Positions 1 through 15,503 are shown, numbered from the stretch's first letter. The stretch is DNA of 64,000 bases from Eledone cirrhosa (GCA_964016885.1 OZ024752.1:47554001-47618000); one strand, 5' to 3'. The notes: generated by a model not told the origin, from the sequence alone. Translations and numbers: made by a program.

Positions 1-865
1 GGCTCGTATAAAATGTTGAAAAGGGGTCTCACATATTGTTAGAATTGAATATATAGAAATTAAATTTTTAAATGTAGCTGAAGTAAAAAAAAAAAAGGCT
101 AATGGATAAAGACAAAAAAATTACAAATTGTGGTTAAACAATGGAAGAAATACTCATTGAGAAATCTTTGTGACTTTTAAAAAAATCTGACATTTGTTAA
201 AGATAATTATAAAGTACGGAAACTAAAGAGAAATAATAGGAGAAAATAAAATAAAAACATGGAGTGAGATAAGCTTAAAATTTTATTGAACTATTGACCT
301 CATCTTTAGAGATGAAAATATATTTTAATGTTTACATCTAGATTGGTTTGATTTCTGATTTGATTATCATCATCAGATGTTTTTTTTTTATCATCAATTT
401 TGTCTTTTATCCTTCTGGGATCAATAAAATAAAGCACCAGTCAAATACTAGGGTTAAATTAATCAACTATATCCTCTCCTCCAACAAAAATTGAAAAATC
501 AATATCTACATTTACATAAATGAGGTTTGCTCCAACCTAATGGAGTGTAGAAAGAGTGTGTGAATAGTACCTAGATTTAAAGTGGGTGGAAGTGATATCT
601 GTATAGGATTTAGAAGAGGTATCAGTGTTGTCTGTACATATACCAACAGTTATTATTATTGTGTGGAATAAAACACAGTTAAACTGACCAAAATTCAAAA
701 CTGTTACTTTATTTTATGGATTCCAGGAATAGTAGGCGAAGAAGAAGAAAAATTTTACTTTTTCTGTATTTTTCTTTGATTTTTTTTGTTTTGCTTTTTT
801 TTCAATGAGATCTTATATTTTTCTTTAATGTTAGTATAGAAAAAAAAAGAAGCTGTTTTACTTAC

Positions 866-969
866 CCAAGAATGTTTGGATCAATGGATGTCGTAATTTG
901 AAAATTTCGTGGATAAACTTGACGGACTGATTTCAGTGTATCAAGAGCTGGTTTCCAGAACCTTGTTAC
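866..969 (-). CDS. FUZ: Internal coding exon of Fuzzy planar cell polarity effector (downstream of the two exons seen)
   Basis: Minus strand: acceptor ttcacag, 104-nt open exon VTRFWKPALDTLKSVRQVYPRNFQITTSIDPNILG, donor gtaag. Joins in phase 0 to the exon at 2299-2394. Resembles the recalled human FUZ segment LERWWQPLLDPLRACLPLGPRALPSGFPLHTDILG. Confidence 0.88.
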
Positions 970-1229
970 CTGTGAAGACATTATGTAAATGAATTACATA
1001 AACTGGTTTGTGGTGGTTCTGGGTGTTTTATCATTTGACAAGCTACAGATTTATGTTTAAGCCTGGAGATATATATACATATATATTATAAATTAATAGA
1101 TAAATTAACTAATACCTTAACACTTCACACAAAGTAAAATATTTTGTTTTAAACATTTTCTAACCCAGAAAAAAGATAAAAAAATAAAAGGAAAATTGTT
1201 CCTCCTAATAATCGTCTTTTTCTCCCTAT

Positions 1230-1306
<77 letters not shown>

Positions 1307-1459
1307 TATATTGATGTGGGTGTTTTAAATACTAGTGTACAATATAATATTACAAACATTAACTGATTGAGCACTGAATACAAGTAAGTAAAGTGTGAGA
1401 TATTTTTCCTGGTGAAAAAAGTCTTCAACTTCGAAGTTTCATTAAATGCCTCTCATCAA

Positions 1460-2080
1460 GGCCAGACTTTCACCGAACAAGGCTCTTAGTTATATAAAAC
1501 CAGGGCCAGACTTTCACCTAACAAGGCCCTTAGCTATATAAAACCAGGGCCAGACTTTCACCTAATGAGGCTCTTAGTTATATAAAACCAGGGCCAGACT
1601 TTCACCTAATGAGGCTCTTAGTTATATAAAACCAGGGCCAGACTTTCACCTAACGAGGCTCTTAGTTATATAAAATCAGGGCCAGACTTTCACCTAACAA
1701 GGCTCTTAGTTATATAAAACCAGGGCCAGACTTTCACCTAACAAGGTTCTTAGTTATATAAAACCAGGGCCAGACTTTCACCTAACAAGGCTCTTAGTTA
1801 TATAAAACCAGAGACAGACTTTCACCTAATGAGGCTCTTAGTTATATAAAACCAGGGCCAGACTTTCACCTAATCAGGCTCTTAGTTATATAAAATCAGG
1901 GCCAGACTTTCACCTAACAAGGCTCTTAGTTATATAAAACCAGAGACAGACTTTCACCTAATGAGGCTCTTAGTTATATAAAATCAGGGCCAGACTTTCA
2001 CCTAACAAGGCTCTTAGTTATATAAAACCAGGGCCAGAGTTTCACCTAATGAGGCTCTTAGCTATATAAAATCAGGGCCA
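1460..2080. repeat. 44-bp minisatellite, ~14 copies, within the FUZ intron
   Basis: Unit cagggccagactttcacctaacaaggctcttagttatataaaac repeated in tandem. Confidence 0.95.
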
Positions 2081-2208
2081 TACTGATGTTAAGGTACTGT
2101 TCTCGAAATAAATATCAAAATCACAAAGATTCGATATTACGTGAGATAAAGCATTTACCATGAAAATACAATAGTATATATAGAGTAATGTAAATACTAA
2201 AGATTTAA
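2079..2208 (+). mobile_element. 3' half of piggyBac-like MITE family A (degenerate)
   Basis: Similar to 41583-41726 (catact.atgttaaggta...atatagagtaat.taaat.ctaaag..ttaa). Confidence 0.75.
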
Positions 2209-2298
2209 GATACTGCTCTCTCTCTCTCTCTCTTTCCTTCCCACCAGCCTTGACTAAGCTCTGAAAAACAAACAAAACAAAAAACATGTCTATCTTAC

Positions 2299-2394
2299 CT
2301 CTTTCTCAAGTTTTCCTAAAGTAGGGCTTGAACCACACAAGAGACACACCTGAACATCTTTTATCAGATTGAAAATAAGCAGACGATATGGAAC
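2299..2394 (-). CDS. FUZ: Internal coding exon of Fuzzy planar cell polarity effector
   Basis: Long polypyrimidine tract and tatag acceptor, 96-nt exon VPYRLLIFNLIKDVQVCLLCGSSPTLGKLEKE, donor gtaag. Matches the recalled human FUZ segment VPHRLLTLTLLPSLELCLLCGPSPPL. Confidence 0.9.
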
Positions 2395-2574
2395 CTATAT
2401 AACAAAAGAATAAAAAGAAAGAAAAATATTATACAAGGATGGTCAAGATGTGAACATCTTTGATCATATATTTACGCAATCTGAGCAGACTCGGTGTTAA
2501 ATAGCAAGAAGGAAAGTGAAATGCAAATCAATGGTATTTAATAAGGAACTGATTCAGCCCTTATCTTACTCATA

Positions 2575-2650
2575 GAATTTTATTGTAACCCCCACTGCCC
2601 CTGTCTTTGTATTGTCCCCTATATGTCGGCCCTTGTGGCCAATAAATGAA

Positions 2651-2683
<33 letters not shown>

Positions 2684-2700
2684 GTATTATTATTATTATT
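2575..2700 (+). mobile_element. LINE 3' UTR fragment with (TTA)n tail (Tx1/L1-like family)
   Basis: ttgtattgtcccc...cccttgtggccaataaa followed by (tta)n. Similar ends at 2920-3110 and 18505-18575, and reverse-complemented at 53505. Confidence 0.55.
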
Positions 2701-2710
2701 GTCTTTATAT

Positions 2711-2915
2711 GGGCATTGAATTGGCAGAATTGGTAGAGTGTCGGATACCATGTTTTACAGCTCCTTACGTTCTGAGTTCAAATCCCACCGAGGTTAACTT
2801 TGCCTTTCATCCTTACGGAGTCGATAAAATAAAGTCCCAGTAATGCACTGGGAGTCAATTTAATCAACTTTCCCCTGCCCTCCCAAAATTGCTGGTCTTG
2901 TGCCTAAATCATAAA
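2711..2915 (+). mobile_element. tRNA-derived SINE, family 2 (Meta-domain-like central region)
   Basis: A-box-like tggcagaattgg, B-box-like gagttcaaatccc, conserved core gcctttcatccttacggggtcgataaaataaagtaccag. More than 15 copies in the window. Confidence 0.8.
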
Positions 2916-2919
2916 CCTA

Positions 2920-3070
2920 TTGGGGAATTTTTCCTTTATTTCTTTTTTTTTGTCATTTCCTTTGTTTTTTTTTTTCTTTACACGCAGAAATGCCTATTTG
3001 TACCGTCCTGTATTGTCCTGTACTGTCCTTAATGTCTACTTTATGTAAACCCTTGTGGTTAATAAAGAAA

Positions 3071-3107
<37 letters not shown>

Positions 3108-3115
3108 CATTATTA
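2920..3115 (+). mobile_element. LINE 3' UTR (Tx1/L1-like) with three copies of the 10-bp gtNNNgtcct unit
   Basis: tggggaatttt...acacgcagaaatgcc.atttgtaccgtcctgtattgtcctgtactgtcct...aataaagaaat(tat)n. Homologous to 8170-8260. Confidence 0.65.
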
Positions 3116-3459
3116 TTGTTGTCGTCGACGTTGTCATTAACAAGCCATGTGTGTATAAAAAGGTGAAGAAATTAATCTGTCTAATTGATTCCTACTTTTC
3201 ATGTGTTACAATCAAAGTGAGCTGAAAGGACGAACAGACAGACATGCAAACAAACAAACAAACAAACAAACAAGCAAAGATAGAAAGCTGAAAGTAAGGA
3301 AGAAGAAATGAAGGTGTGAGTGGTGTATACAGCTGAAGGCAGTGTACTCTTTGTACTTTGTGTACTTAATTAATTGTTTCAAAGGTATCGAGAGGGCAAT
3401 AAGTAATATTATCAGTTAAAGTACTCTCACAAGATGTTTGTTAGTAGTGATTATAGGAG

Positions 3460-3900
3460 TGGTGTATATATGTATGGCTGTATATATATGTATGGCTGTG
3501 TATATATGCATGCATGTATGTATGTATGTATGTATGTATGTATGTATGTATGTATGTATGTATGTATGTATATATATGTATGGCTGTGTATATATGTATG
3601 GCTGTGTATATATGTGCATGTATGTATGTATGTATGTATATATATATATATGTATGGCTGTGTATATATGTGCATGTATGTATGTATGTATGTATATATA
3701 TATATATATATATGTATGGCTGTGTATATATGTGTGCATGTATGTATGTATATATATATATGTATGGCTGTGTATATATGTATGGTTGTGTATATATGTG
3801 CATGTATATATGTGTGCATGTATGTATGTATGTATGTATATGTGTATGCATATGTTCATGTGTGTGTGTGTATATATGTATATATGTATGTGTATACGTG
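3460..3900. repeat. Compound (TATG)n/(TA)n microsatellite with tatggctgtg motif
   Basis: Direct inspection. Confidence 0.9.
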
Positions 3901-4690
3901 TATTATCACAGGCATGGCTGAATAGTTATGAGATTTGCTTTGTAATTGTGAGATGCTGGTTTAGAACCCAACATGTGGTGCTATGCTCTACCAATTCTAC
4001 CAATTCACTGCCTGTCTTGCAGTACTACATAATTACCATATCTTCATCAATAAAAATAATTGGTTGATTTAGGCACAAGGCCAGCAATTTTGGAGGGAGG
4101 GAGGGAGGGAGAGTAAAGTTGATTAAATCGACCCCAGTGTATTACTGGTGCTGTATTTTATCGACCCACCACACTGACAACAACAACAATAACAAATACT
4201 GCCAACAACAGCAACAACTACAACAACAAACACTGCCAACAACAGCAACAACAACAAACACTGCCAACTACAACAACAACAAACACTGCCAACTACAACA
4301 ACACTGCCAACAACAACATATTTATCTAACACCATTCACTCTGCACACTCCATTTATTTAACAATTTGTTCAATCATTCATTCATTCATTTATTGGCTGT
4401 GTTATTTATTGATCTATCTAATGATTGATCTATTTATCTATCAATTATCTATTTATTTATTGAACTTTTTTGTATTTCTTTCTTTCATCAGTTTTGAAAT
4501 GTTTTTTATTTTTTATTTTTTGTATTTTTTTTTTGTGTGTGTTGTGTGTTTTATTTATATTTTTGACATCCAGAACAAAAAAGCTACAAGGATAACCTAA
4601 AAGAAATACAGACAGCCATCCATGAGAATTGACATAAAACACTGCGAAGGGCTTGCTTAGAACAGGTTCCTTAGAACAGGTTCCCTATAA

Positions 4691-4859
4691 CAGGCATGTC
4701 AAACTGAGGGTCCCCCGAGGACCACACAACAAGTAATTGCGCAGATTACAACTATTTTTTAAAATTTTATATAACGAAGATAAAACGTGTCCGCGCTGTA
4801 AAAACCTTTATGTGGGTCGCAGGTGTTCTTGTAAAGGGCCCGCATGTTTGACATGCCTG
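4691..4859. mobile_element. hAT (Charlie-like) MITE
   Basis: Perfect 14-bp TIRs caggcatgtcaaac / gtttgacatgcctg. 8-bp flanks ccctataa / gtctataa (6/8 identical) fit an hAT TSD. Confidence 0.8.
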
Positions 4860-5071
4860 GTCTATAATACAGCAGTGAAGGACTGTGGTCTTGTGGTTAA
4901 AGTGTTGGACTCATAGTCATAAGGTCATGGGATCCCTTCCTGGGCTGGGCAATGAATTGTGTTCTTGGGCAAAAAAAAAAAACCCAGTTTATTTCATGAT
5001 AGGACTGGGGCTCTCTATCATTAAAACAACCATGTGATGCAACTTCGTAGGTGACCAGCTATATATATATA

Positions 5072-5410
5072 TCATCATCATCATCATTTTACGTCCGCTT
5101 TTCCCTGCTTGCAAGGGTGGGAGGGGAACTGATTCTGGCTTGATTTCTACAGCTGGATGCCCTTCCTAACACCAACCTCATTTACAGTGAGTGCTGGGTG
5201 CTTTTTTTGCCGTGGCACCCCCACGACCACTTTTCAGTGGAATGATATGGACCCCAGTCCCTATCATCCCATTTCTACAGCTGAGTAAACTGGAGCAATG
5301 TGAAATAAAGTGTCTTGCTCAAGGAAACAACACATCACCCGGTCTGAGAATTGAACTCACAACGTTTCGATTGCAAGGCCAATGCTCTAACCACTAAGCC
5401 ATGTGCCTCC
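5072..5410 (-). mobile_element. Full-length tRNA-derived CORE-like SINE with RTE-type tail (family 1)
   Basis: Reverse complement of 50971-51313: tRNA head, ccttgagcaagacactt core, ...cggacgtaaaa(tga)n tail. Confidence 0.85.
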
Positions 5411-5493
5411 ATGTATATATGCCTCCATGTGCCTCCATATATATATGCATATATATATATAATTATGTAATAAACAACATAAGACAATTATTC

Positions 5494-5560
5494 CATTTAC
5501 CAAAGGTTTCACGAAGACAGATGAGCCCAACAGAAACGTCTGAAATCACTCATCAGAATG
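5494..5560 (-). ncRNA. Type I hammerhead ribozyme-like motif
   Basis: Minus strand: catt-CTGATGA-[long imperfect stem II]-GAAA-CC-ttt-GG-TA-aatg. Stem I catt/aatg, stem III ACC/GGT, cleavage triplet GUA. Confidence 0.6.
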
Positions 5561-5673
5561 AGAATTTAACATGGACGTAAGATTGTTTATTACATAATTA
5601 TATAGCTCTGTAGCATACATAGAGCATTCTCCTTCCCTTTACCCTTCCTATGGAAACACATATATATATATAT

Positions 5674-5837
5674 TTGTTTCTACTTTTGGCAAAAAGGCCA
5701 GCAATTACCCAGTACATTACTGGTACTTTATTTTATCGACCCCGTAAGGATGAAAGGCAAAGTTAACCTCGACGGGATTTGAACTCAGACTGTAAAGGGA
5801 CGTAACTATGCTGGAAAGCATGGCATCCGACTCTCTA
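5674..5837 (-). mobile_element. SINE family 2 copy with 13-bp direct repeat flanks
   Basis: Family core in reverse. ctatggaaacaca at 5648-5660 and 5835-5847 is a probable TSD. Confidence 0.75.
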
Positions 5838-5870
5838 TGGAAACACACACATATATATATATATATATAT

Positions 5871-6066
5871 AACGAAGGAAATGTGGTAATGAACCAGGTG
5901 GACCATAACGCACCAAAGTACTCAATACTTAGGGTAGTAGAGTGGGTAATAGGAACGAGTAGGACCCCGATGGCTGAGCTCAAGCCGTTTCGACGGCTAA
6001 TTCTGAGTCCAGAATTAGCCGTCGAAACGGCTTGAGCTCAGCCGTCGGGGTCCCACTCGTTCCTAT
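5871..6066. mobile_element. (TA)n-embedded fold-back element carrying a hammerhead 3' half (family P)
   Basis: Unique ~80-bp terminus plus near-perfect palindrome 5949-6066. Each arm reads stem II-GAAA-CGGCT-tgagctc-AGCCG-TC (one arm has ATC). Copies at 23418, 24034 and 25414. Confidence 0.75.
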
Positions 6067-6075
6067 ATATATATA

Positions 6076-6248
6076 TTGGTAGAGAGTTAGGCACCATGCT
6101 TTGCAGTATAGAGTTATGGCTCTTTACGTTCTGAGGTCAAATCCCGTCGAAGTTAACTTTGCCTTTCACCCTTACGGGGTCGATAAAATAAAGTACCAGT
6201 AATGCACTGGGTTAATTGCTGGCCTTGTGCCTAAAGTAGGAACAATTA
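6076..6248 (+). mobile_element. SINE family 2 copy
   Basis: Family core and tail ttgctggccttgtgcctaaagtag..acaattat. Confidence 0.8.
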
Positions 6249-6984
6249 TCATCATCATCATTACCATCCTCCAATTATTGACATATCGTCTCCTATTTTT
6301 TCTTCTTTTATTCAATAATTTTTTTCTGAAGCCGCAATCCCACCCCACGAAAAGAAAATAGATTTATAAAAAATACATTAAAAATATATAAAAAAATATA
6401 TATATATATAGAGAGAGAGAAGCAAGGAGCAGAGGATCTATAAAAAGAAACCAAACAGAGGCTATGATGGAGTGAGTATGATGTGGGCAATAGGGAACTG
6501 GGAGTGGATGGGCAGGGCATGGGTGGAGAGTTCTGAGATCTAACTGCAGGAAAGTAACAAATTATCTAGTTTGGTAAATGGGTGGCAGAAACTCCCCTAA
6601 TTTATCAATGATTATTTTCTGAACAAAAAAGAAAAAAAAAAAAAAAGAAAGACATATATGAATAAAAAAATTGGAGCCGGTGGGGGGTGGGGTATGAAGG
6701 GTTTATTTTATTTTGATTGTTGTTTTCTGTTGTTGTTTGTGGCTTTATAAAAAAATTTGATTTGATTTTGTTCTTCCTTGTGTGAGAGTGTAAGTGAAAA
6801 GGGTAACATAGATGAAGATATATGTGTATATATAAATGTATATATGTATATATATATATATAATTATGTATGTATACGTGTGCGTGTTTCATGTGCATGT
6901 GTATGTGTGTGTGTGGAGACAAAGACAAAAATTATAAATCCCATAGAACAAAAATAGTCTATCGCGGCTGGTTGTGGCAATGTG

Positions 6985-7790
6985 TATGGTTGGTGGTGTT
7001 GTGGTGGTGGTGGTGGTGTTGTGGTGGTGTTGTGGTGGTGGTGGAGGTGGTGGTGGTGTTGTGGGGGTGGTGGTGGTGTGGAGGTGGTGGTGGTGTTGTG
7101 GGGGTGGTGGTGGTGTGGAGGTGGTGGTGGTGTTGTGGGGGTGGTGGTGGTGTTGTGGGGGTGGTGGTGGTGGAGTGGTAGTGGAGGTGGTGGAGTGGTA
7201 GTGGAGGTGGTGGTGGTGTTGTGGGGGGGGGGTGGGGCTGATTGTGGGCGCGGGGGTTGTGGGTATCGGGTGGTGTTGTGGTGGTGGTGGTGGGGGAGTG
7301 GTGTTGTGGAGGTGGTGGTGGTATTGTGGGGGTGGTGGTGGTGGAGTGGTGGTTGAGGTGGTGGTGGTGATTGTGGGCGTGGGGGTTGTGGACGTGGGGT
7401 GGGGGTTGTGGGCGTGGGGTGGTGGTGGTTGTGGTTTTGATGGTGGTTATGGTGAGGTTTTCAATGAAGGTCAACTGTAGCAATTTGCCCAGCTTCTTAT
7501 GATAATAATGGTCTGTCTGAGACTGTGCCAATTGTTCATCATCGTCATCATTATCCCCCCCCCCAACCACCTCACCACCACCACTACCACTACCACCATC
7601 ATCAACACCACCACCGCCACCATCACCTCTGCCACATCCCTATCTATCATGACCATCGCCAACATCATCGCCATCATTATCACCCCCCCACCCCACACCA
7701 CCGTCACCACCACCACCACCACCGCCACCATCATCTCTGCCACATCCCTATCTATCATGACCATCGCCAACATCATTGTCATCAAATACA
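6985..7790. repeat. (GGT)n-rich then (CAC)n/(CAT)n-rich degenerate trinucleotide region
   Basis: Direct inspection. Confidence 0.9.
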
Positions 7791-7801
7791 CTGCCGCCGC
7801 C

Positions 7802-8015
7802 GGTAATGCACTGGGGGTAATTGCTGGCCTTGTGCCAAAAGTAGAAACAATTATTACAGGGTCAATACAATAAAGTACCAGTAATACACTGGGGTAATTG
7901 CTGGCCTTGTGCCAAAAGTAGAAACAATTATTACAGGGTCAATACAATAAAGTACCAGTAATACACTGGGGTAATTGCTGGCCTTGTGCCAAAAGTAGAA
8001 ACAATTATTATTATT
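7802..8015 (+). repeat. Three tandem copies (~78 bp) of the SINE family 2 3' end
   Basis: gtaat.cactggggtaattgctggccttgtgccaaaagtagaaacaattatt repeated three times. Confidence 0.85.
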
Positions 8016-8250
8016 ATTTTCTTAGTCTCTGTTATAAATTTTATTTTACACAAAGAAAAACACACACTGTATCGTCCTGTACTGTCTTTAATGTTTCCTT
8101 AATGTGAACCCTGAGTGACTTTTTTGTGGGCTTTCTCCACGAGCGACCCTCGGAAGTCCCCCCCCCCCTATTGGGGAATTTTTCTTTGTTTCTTTTTTTT
8201 TTGTTACATCCTCTGTTTTTGTTTTTTTTTACACGCAGAAATGCCCATTT

Positions 8251-9962
8251 GTACCGTCCTGTATTGTCCTGTGTTGTCCTGTACCGTCCTGTGTTGTCCT
8301 GTACCGTCCTGTGTTGTCCTGTATTGTCCTGTGTTGTCCTGTACCGTCCTGTGTTGTCCTGTATTGTCCTGTGTTGTCCTGTACCGTCCTGTGTTGTCCT
8401 GTACCGTCCTGTGTTGTCCCGTGTTGTCCTGTATTGTCCTGTGTTGTCCTGTGTTGTCCTATATTGTCCTGTGTTGTCCTGTACCGTTCTGTCTTGTCCT
8501 GTGTTGTCCTGTATTGTCCTGTATTGTCCTGTATTGTCCTGTGTTGTCCTGTACTGTCCTGTATTGTTCTGTGTTGTCCTGTATTGTCCTGTGTTGTCCT
8601 GTATTGTCCTGTGTTGTCCTGTACCGTCCTGTCTTGTCCTGTATTGTCCTGTACCGTCCTGTGTTGTCCTGTATTGTCCTGTACCGTCCTGTGTTGTCCT
8701 GTATTGTCCTGTGTTGTCCTGTACCGTCCTGTGTTGTCCTATATTGTCCTGTGTTGTCCTGTACCGTCCTGTGTTGTCCTATATTGTCCTGTGTTGTCCT
8801 GTACCGTCCTGTGTTGTCCTATATTGTCCTGTGTTGTCCTGTATTGTCCTGTGTTGTCCTGTGTTTTCCTGTGTTGTCCTGTACCGTCCTGTGTTGTCCT
8901 ATATTGTCCTGTGTTGTCCTGTATTGTCCTGTGTTGTCCTGTGTTGTCCTGTACCGTCCTGTGTTGTCCTATATTGTCCTGTGTTGTCCTGTACCGTCCT
9001 GTGTTGTCCTGTGTTGTCCTATATTGTCCTGTGTTGTCCTGTACCGTCCTGTGTTGTCCTGTACCGTCCTGTGTTGTCCTATATTGTCCTGTGTTGTCCT
9101 GTGTTGTCCTGTGTTGTCCTGTACCGTCCTGTGTTGTCCTATATTGTCCTGTGTTGTCCTGTACCGTCCTGTGTTGTCCTATATTGTCCTGTGTTGTCCT
9201 ATATTGTCCTGTGTTGTCCTGTGTTGTCCTGTATTGTCCTGTGTTGTCCTGTACCGTCCTGTGTTGTCCTATATTGTCCTGTGTTGTCCTGTACCGTCCT
9301 GTGTTGTCCTGTGTTGTCCTGTACCGTCCTGTGTTGTCCTGTGTTGTCCTGTGTTGTCCTATATTGTCCTGTGTTGTCCTGTACCGTCCTGTGTTGTCCT
9401 GTGTTGTCCTGTACCGTCCTGTGTTGTCCTATATTGTCCTGTGTTGTCCTGTGTTGTCCTATATTGTCCTGTGTTGTCCTGTGTTGTCCTGTATTGTCCT
9501 GTGTTGTCCTGTGTTGTCCTGTATTGTCCTGTGTTGTCCTGTACCGTCCTGTGTTGTCCTATATTGTCCTGTGTTGTCCTGTACCGTCCTGTGTTGTCCT
9601 GTGTTGTCCTGTACCGTCCTGTGTTGTCCTGTGTTGTCCTGTGTTGTCCTATATTGTCATGTGTTGTCCTGTACCGTCCTGTGTTGTCCTGTGTTGTCCT
9701 GTATTGTCCTATATTGTCCTGTGTTGTCCTGTGTTGTCCTATATTGTCCTGTGTTGTCCTGTACCGTCCTGTGTTGTCCTGTGTTGTCCTGTATTGTCCT
9801 GTGTTGTCCTGTGTTGTCCTGTACCGTCCTGTGTTGTCCTATATTGTCCTGTGTTGTCCTGTACCGTCCTGTGTTGTCCTGTACCGTCCTGTGTTGTCCT
9901 ATATTGTCCTGTGTTGTCCTGTACAGTCCTGTGTTGTCCTGTGTTGTCCTGTACCGTCCTGT
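8251..9962. repeat. 10-bp minisatellite (~171 units) grown from a LINE 3' UTR
   Basis: Units gtgttgtcct/gtaccgtcct/atattgtcct/gtattgtcct in exact 10-bp register. The 5' flank matches 2920-3000. Confidence 0.97.
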
Positions 9963-10700
9963 GATGATGATGATGATGATAATGATGGTGGTGGTGGTGG
10001 TGATGGTGGTGTTGGTGGTGTTGGTGGTGTTGGTGTTGATGGTGGTGTTGGTGGTGATAATGATCCTGGTGGTTGCGGTGGTGATGATAATGATAATGAT
10101 GGTGGAGGTGTTGGCGATGGTGGTGTTGGTGGTGGTGGTGTTGGTGGTGTTGGTGGTGGTGTTGGTTGTGTTGGTGGTGGTTGTGTTGGTGGTGTTGGTG
10201 GTGGTGGTGTTGGTGGTGTTGGTGGTGGTGTTGGCAATGGTGGTGTTGGTGGTGGTGTTGGCAATGGTGGTGTTGGCAATGGTGGTTGTGTTGGTGGTGG
10301 TGGTTGTGTTGGTGGTGGTGGTTGTGTTGGTGGTGGTGGTGTTGGTGGTGGTATTGGCAATGGTGGTGTTGGCAATGGTGGTGTTGGCAATGGTGGTTGT
10401 GTTGGTGGTGGTGGTGTTGGTGGTGTTGGTGGTGGTGTTGGCAATGGTGGTGTTGGTGGTGGTGGTGTTGGTGGTGTTGGCAATGGTGGTGGTGTTAGCA
10501 ATGGTGGTGGTGTTGGCAATGGTGGTGGTATTGGCAATGGTGGTTGTGTTGGCAATGGTGGTATTGGCAATGGTGGTGGTGTTGGCAATGGTGGTGGTTG
10601 TGTTGGCAATGGTGGTGGTGGTATTGGCAATGGTGGTGTTGGCTGTGGTGGTGTTGGTGGTGATAATGATGCTGGTGGTTGCAGTGGTGATGATAATGAT
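9963..10700. repeat. (GGT)n-derived degenerate repeat with ggcaatggtggt motif
   Basis: Direct inspection. Confidence 0.9.
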
Positions 10701-10859
10701 AAATAAACTTGAAGGGATGCATGCCAGGTCAAGCTGGAAGGCAGATGGTGCAGACTGTAGCTGAGGACCTCATGCCAAATGAGGTTACTGACAAAATATA
10801 TCTTGATTTATTTCAGAACATAATTTTATTTAACATCATGAATGACTGCAATGTGCACT

Positions 10860-14573
<3,714 letters not shown>

Positions 14574-14945
14574 AACTGCTTATACATCAACTACATTGTT
14601 AGTAGTACAGAGGATAGTTTAGTTGGTTAACTGCATAATTGCTTATATGTAGAATTGTGCAAATGAATGATTTGCTTATTGTCGATCAAAAAGAGATGCA
14701 AAGATGAATAGAAAACAGTTGAAAGATCAAAGACATTATAGTCGTTTACCAATTTTTTGCTTCATGCTAGAATGCTTTATATGAAGTATCAAATTAAGTT
14801 ATTTTCATGGCGTATTAAAATATTTCGATGTCTTGGTAGGTTTCTATTCTTTTATAATATATGGGACTTACTTTCATAGAAACTTTAATCGACATATTCT
14901 TCTAGCCATATTCTATTTTTTCCCCCGTTTTTGCTATCGCTTAGT

Positions 14946-15503
14946 CAGAAGCGAAGTACAGAGATGATATCTCTCTTTTCATCAACTCTGCAATACTGGT
15001 TGTTAGTAGTGTAGAAAAGGAAGTATCTTTAAACTTGTAACCTAGTCTGAACACTTACCACAAGGTAGACACTGGTAAAGACATCCAAGGACCATGACGT
15101 TATGGTATTAACCCTTTACCATTCACATTACCCTATATATGCTATTATATTTTCATGGGAAAGGCTTTACCTCACATAATTATCTCATATAATATCGAAT
15201 CTATGAGATTTTGAAAGTATTTATTTGTAGAATAATACCTTAACATCAGTTTGAGCGACCAGTTACAGCCAGTTTCAACAGAAAGAGGTAGAGAATTCTG
15301 GCCGGTTTGAACATTAAAGGGTTAAACCAGAGGGAAGTACAGAGCAGATATATCTCTCTTTTCATGGATTTGCAATACTAGTCGTTAGTAATGAGTGTAG
15401 AAAAGGAAGTATCCTTAAACTAGTAACTTGGTCTGAACACTCACCACAAGGTAGACACTGGTAAAGACACCCAAAGACCATGAGGTAATGGTATTAAACC
15501 AGA
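14946..15503. repeat. ~170-bp local tandem duplication; first copy carries a MITE
   Basis: gaagtacagag...aaaaggaagtatc...ccacaaggtagacactggtaaagaca...ggtattaa present twice. Confidence 0.9.
15112..15321 (-). mobile_element. piggyBac-like MITE family A, complete
   Basis: TTAA at 15108-15111 and 15322-15325, cccttta...taaaggg termini. Reverse-orientation homologue of 41504-41722. Confidence 0.88.

Noticed and set aside
4575-4633. Possible plus-strand terminal exon (QKSYKDNLKEIQTAIHEN*) after a T-rich tract and cag
   Set aside because: No partner exons or recognisable homology. Likely chance.
8115-10764. 863/817/612-aa Cys- and Gly-rich ORFs resembling structural proteins
   Set aside because: All three frames are open because the 10-bp and GGT repeats lack stops. 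The array derives from a LINE UTR and has a non-triplet period.
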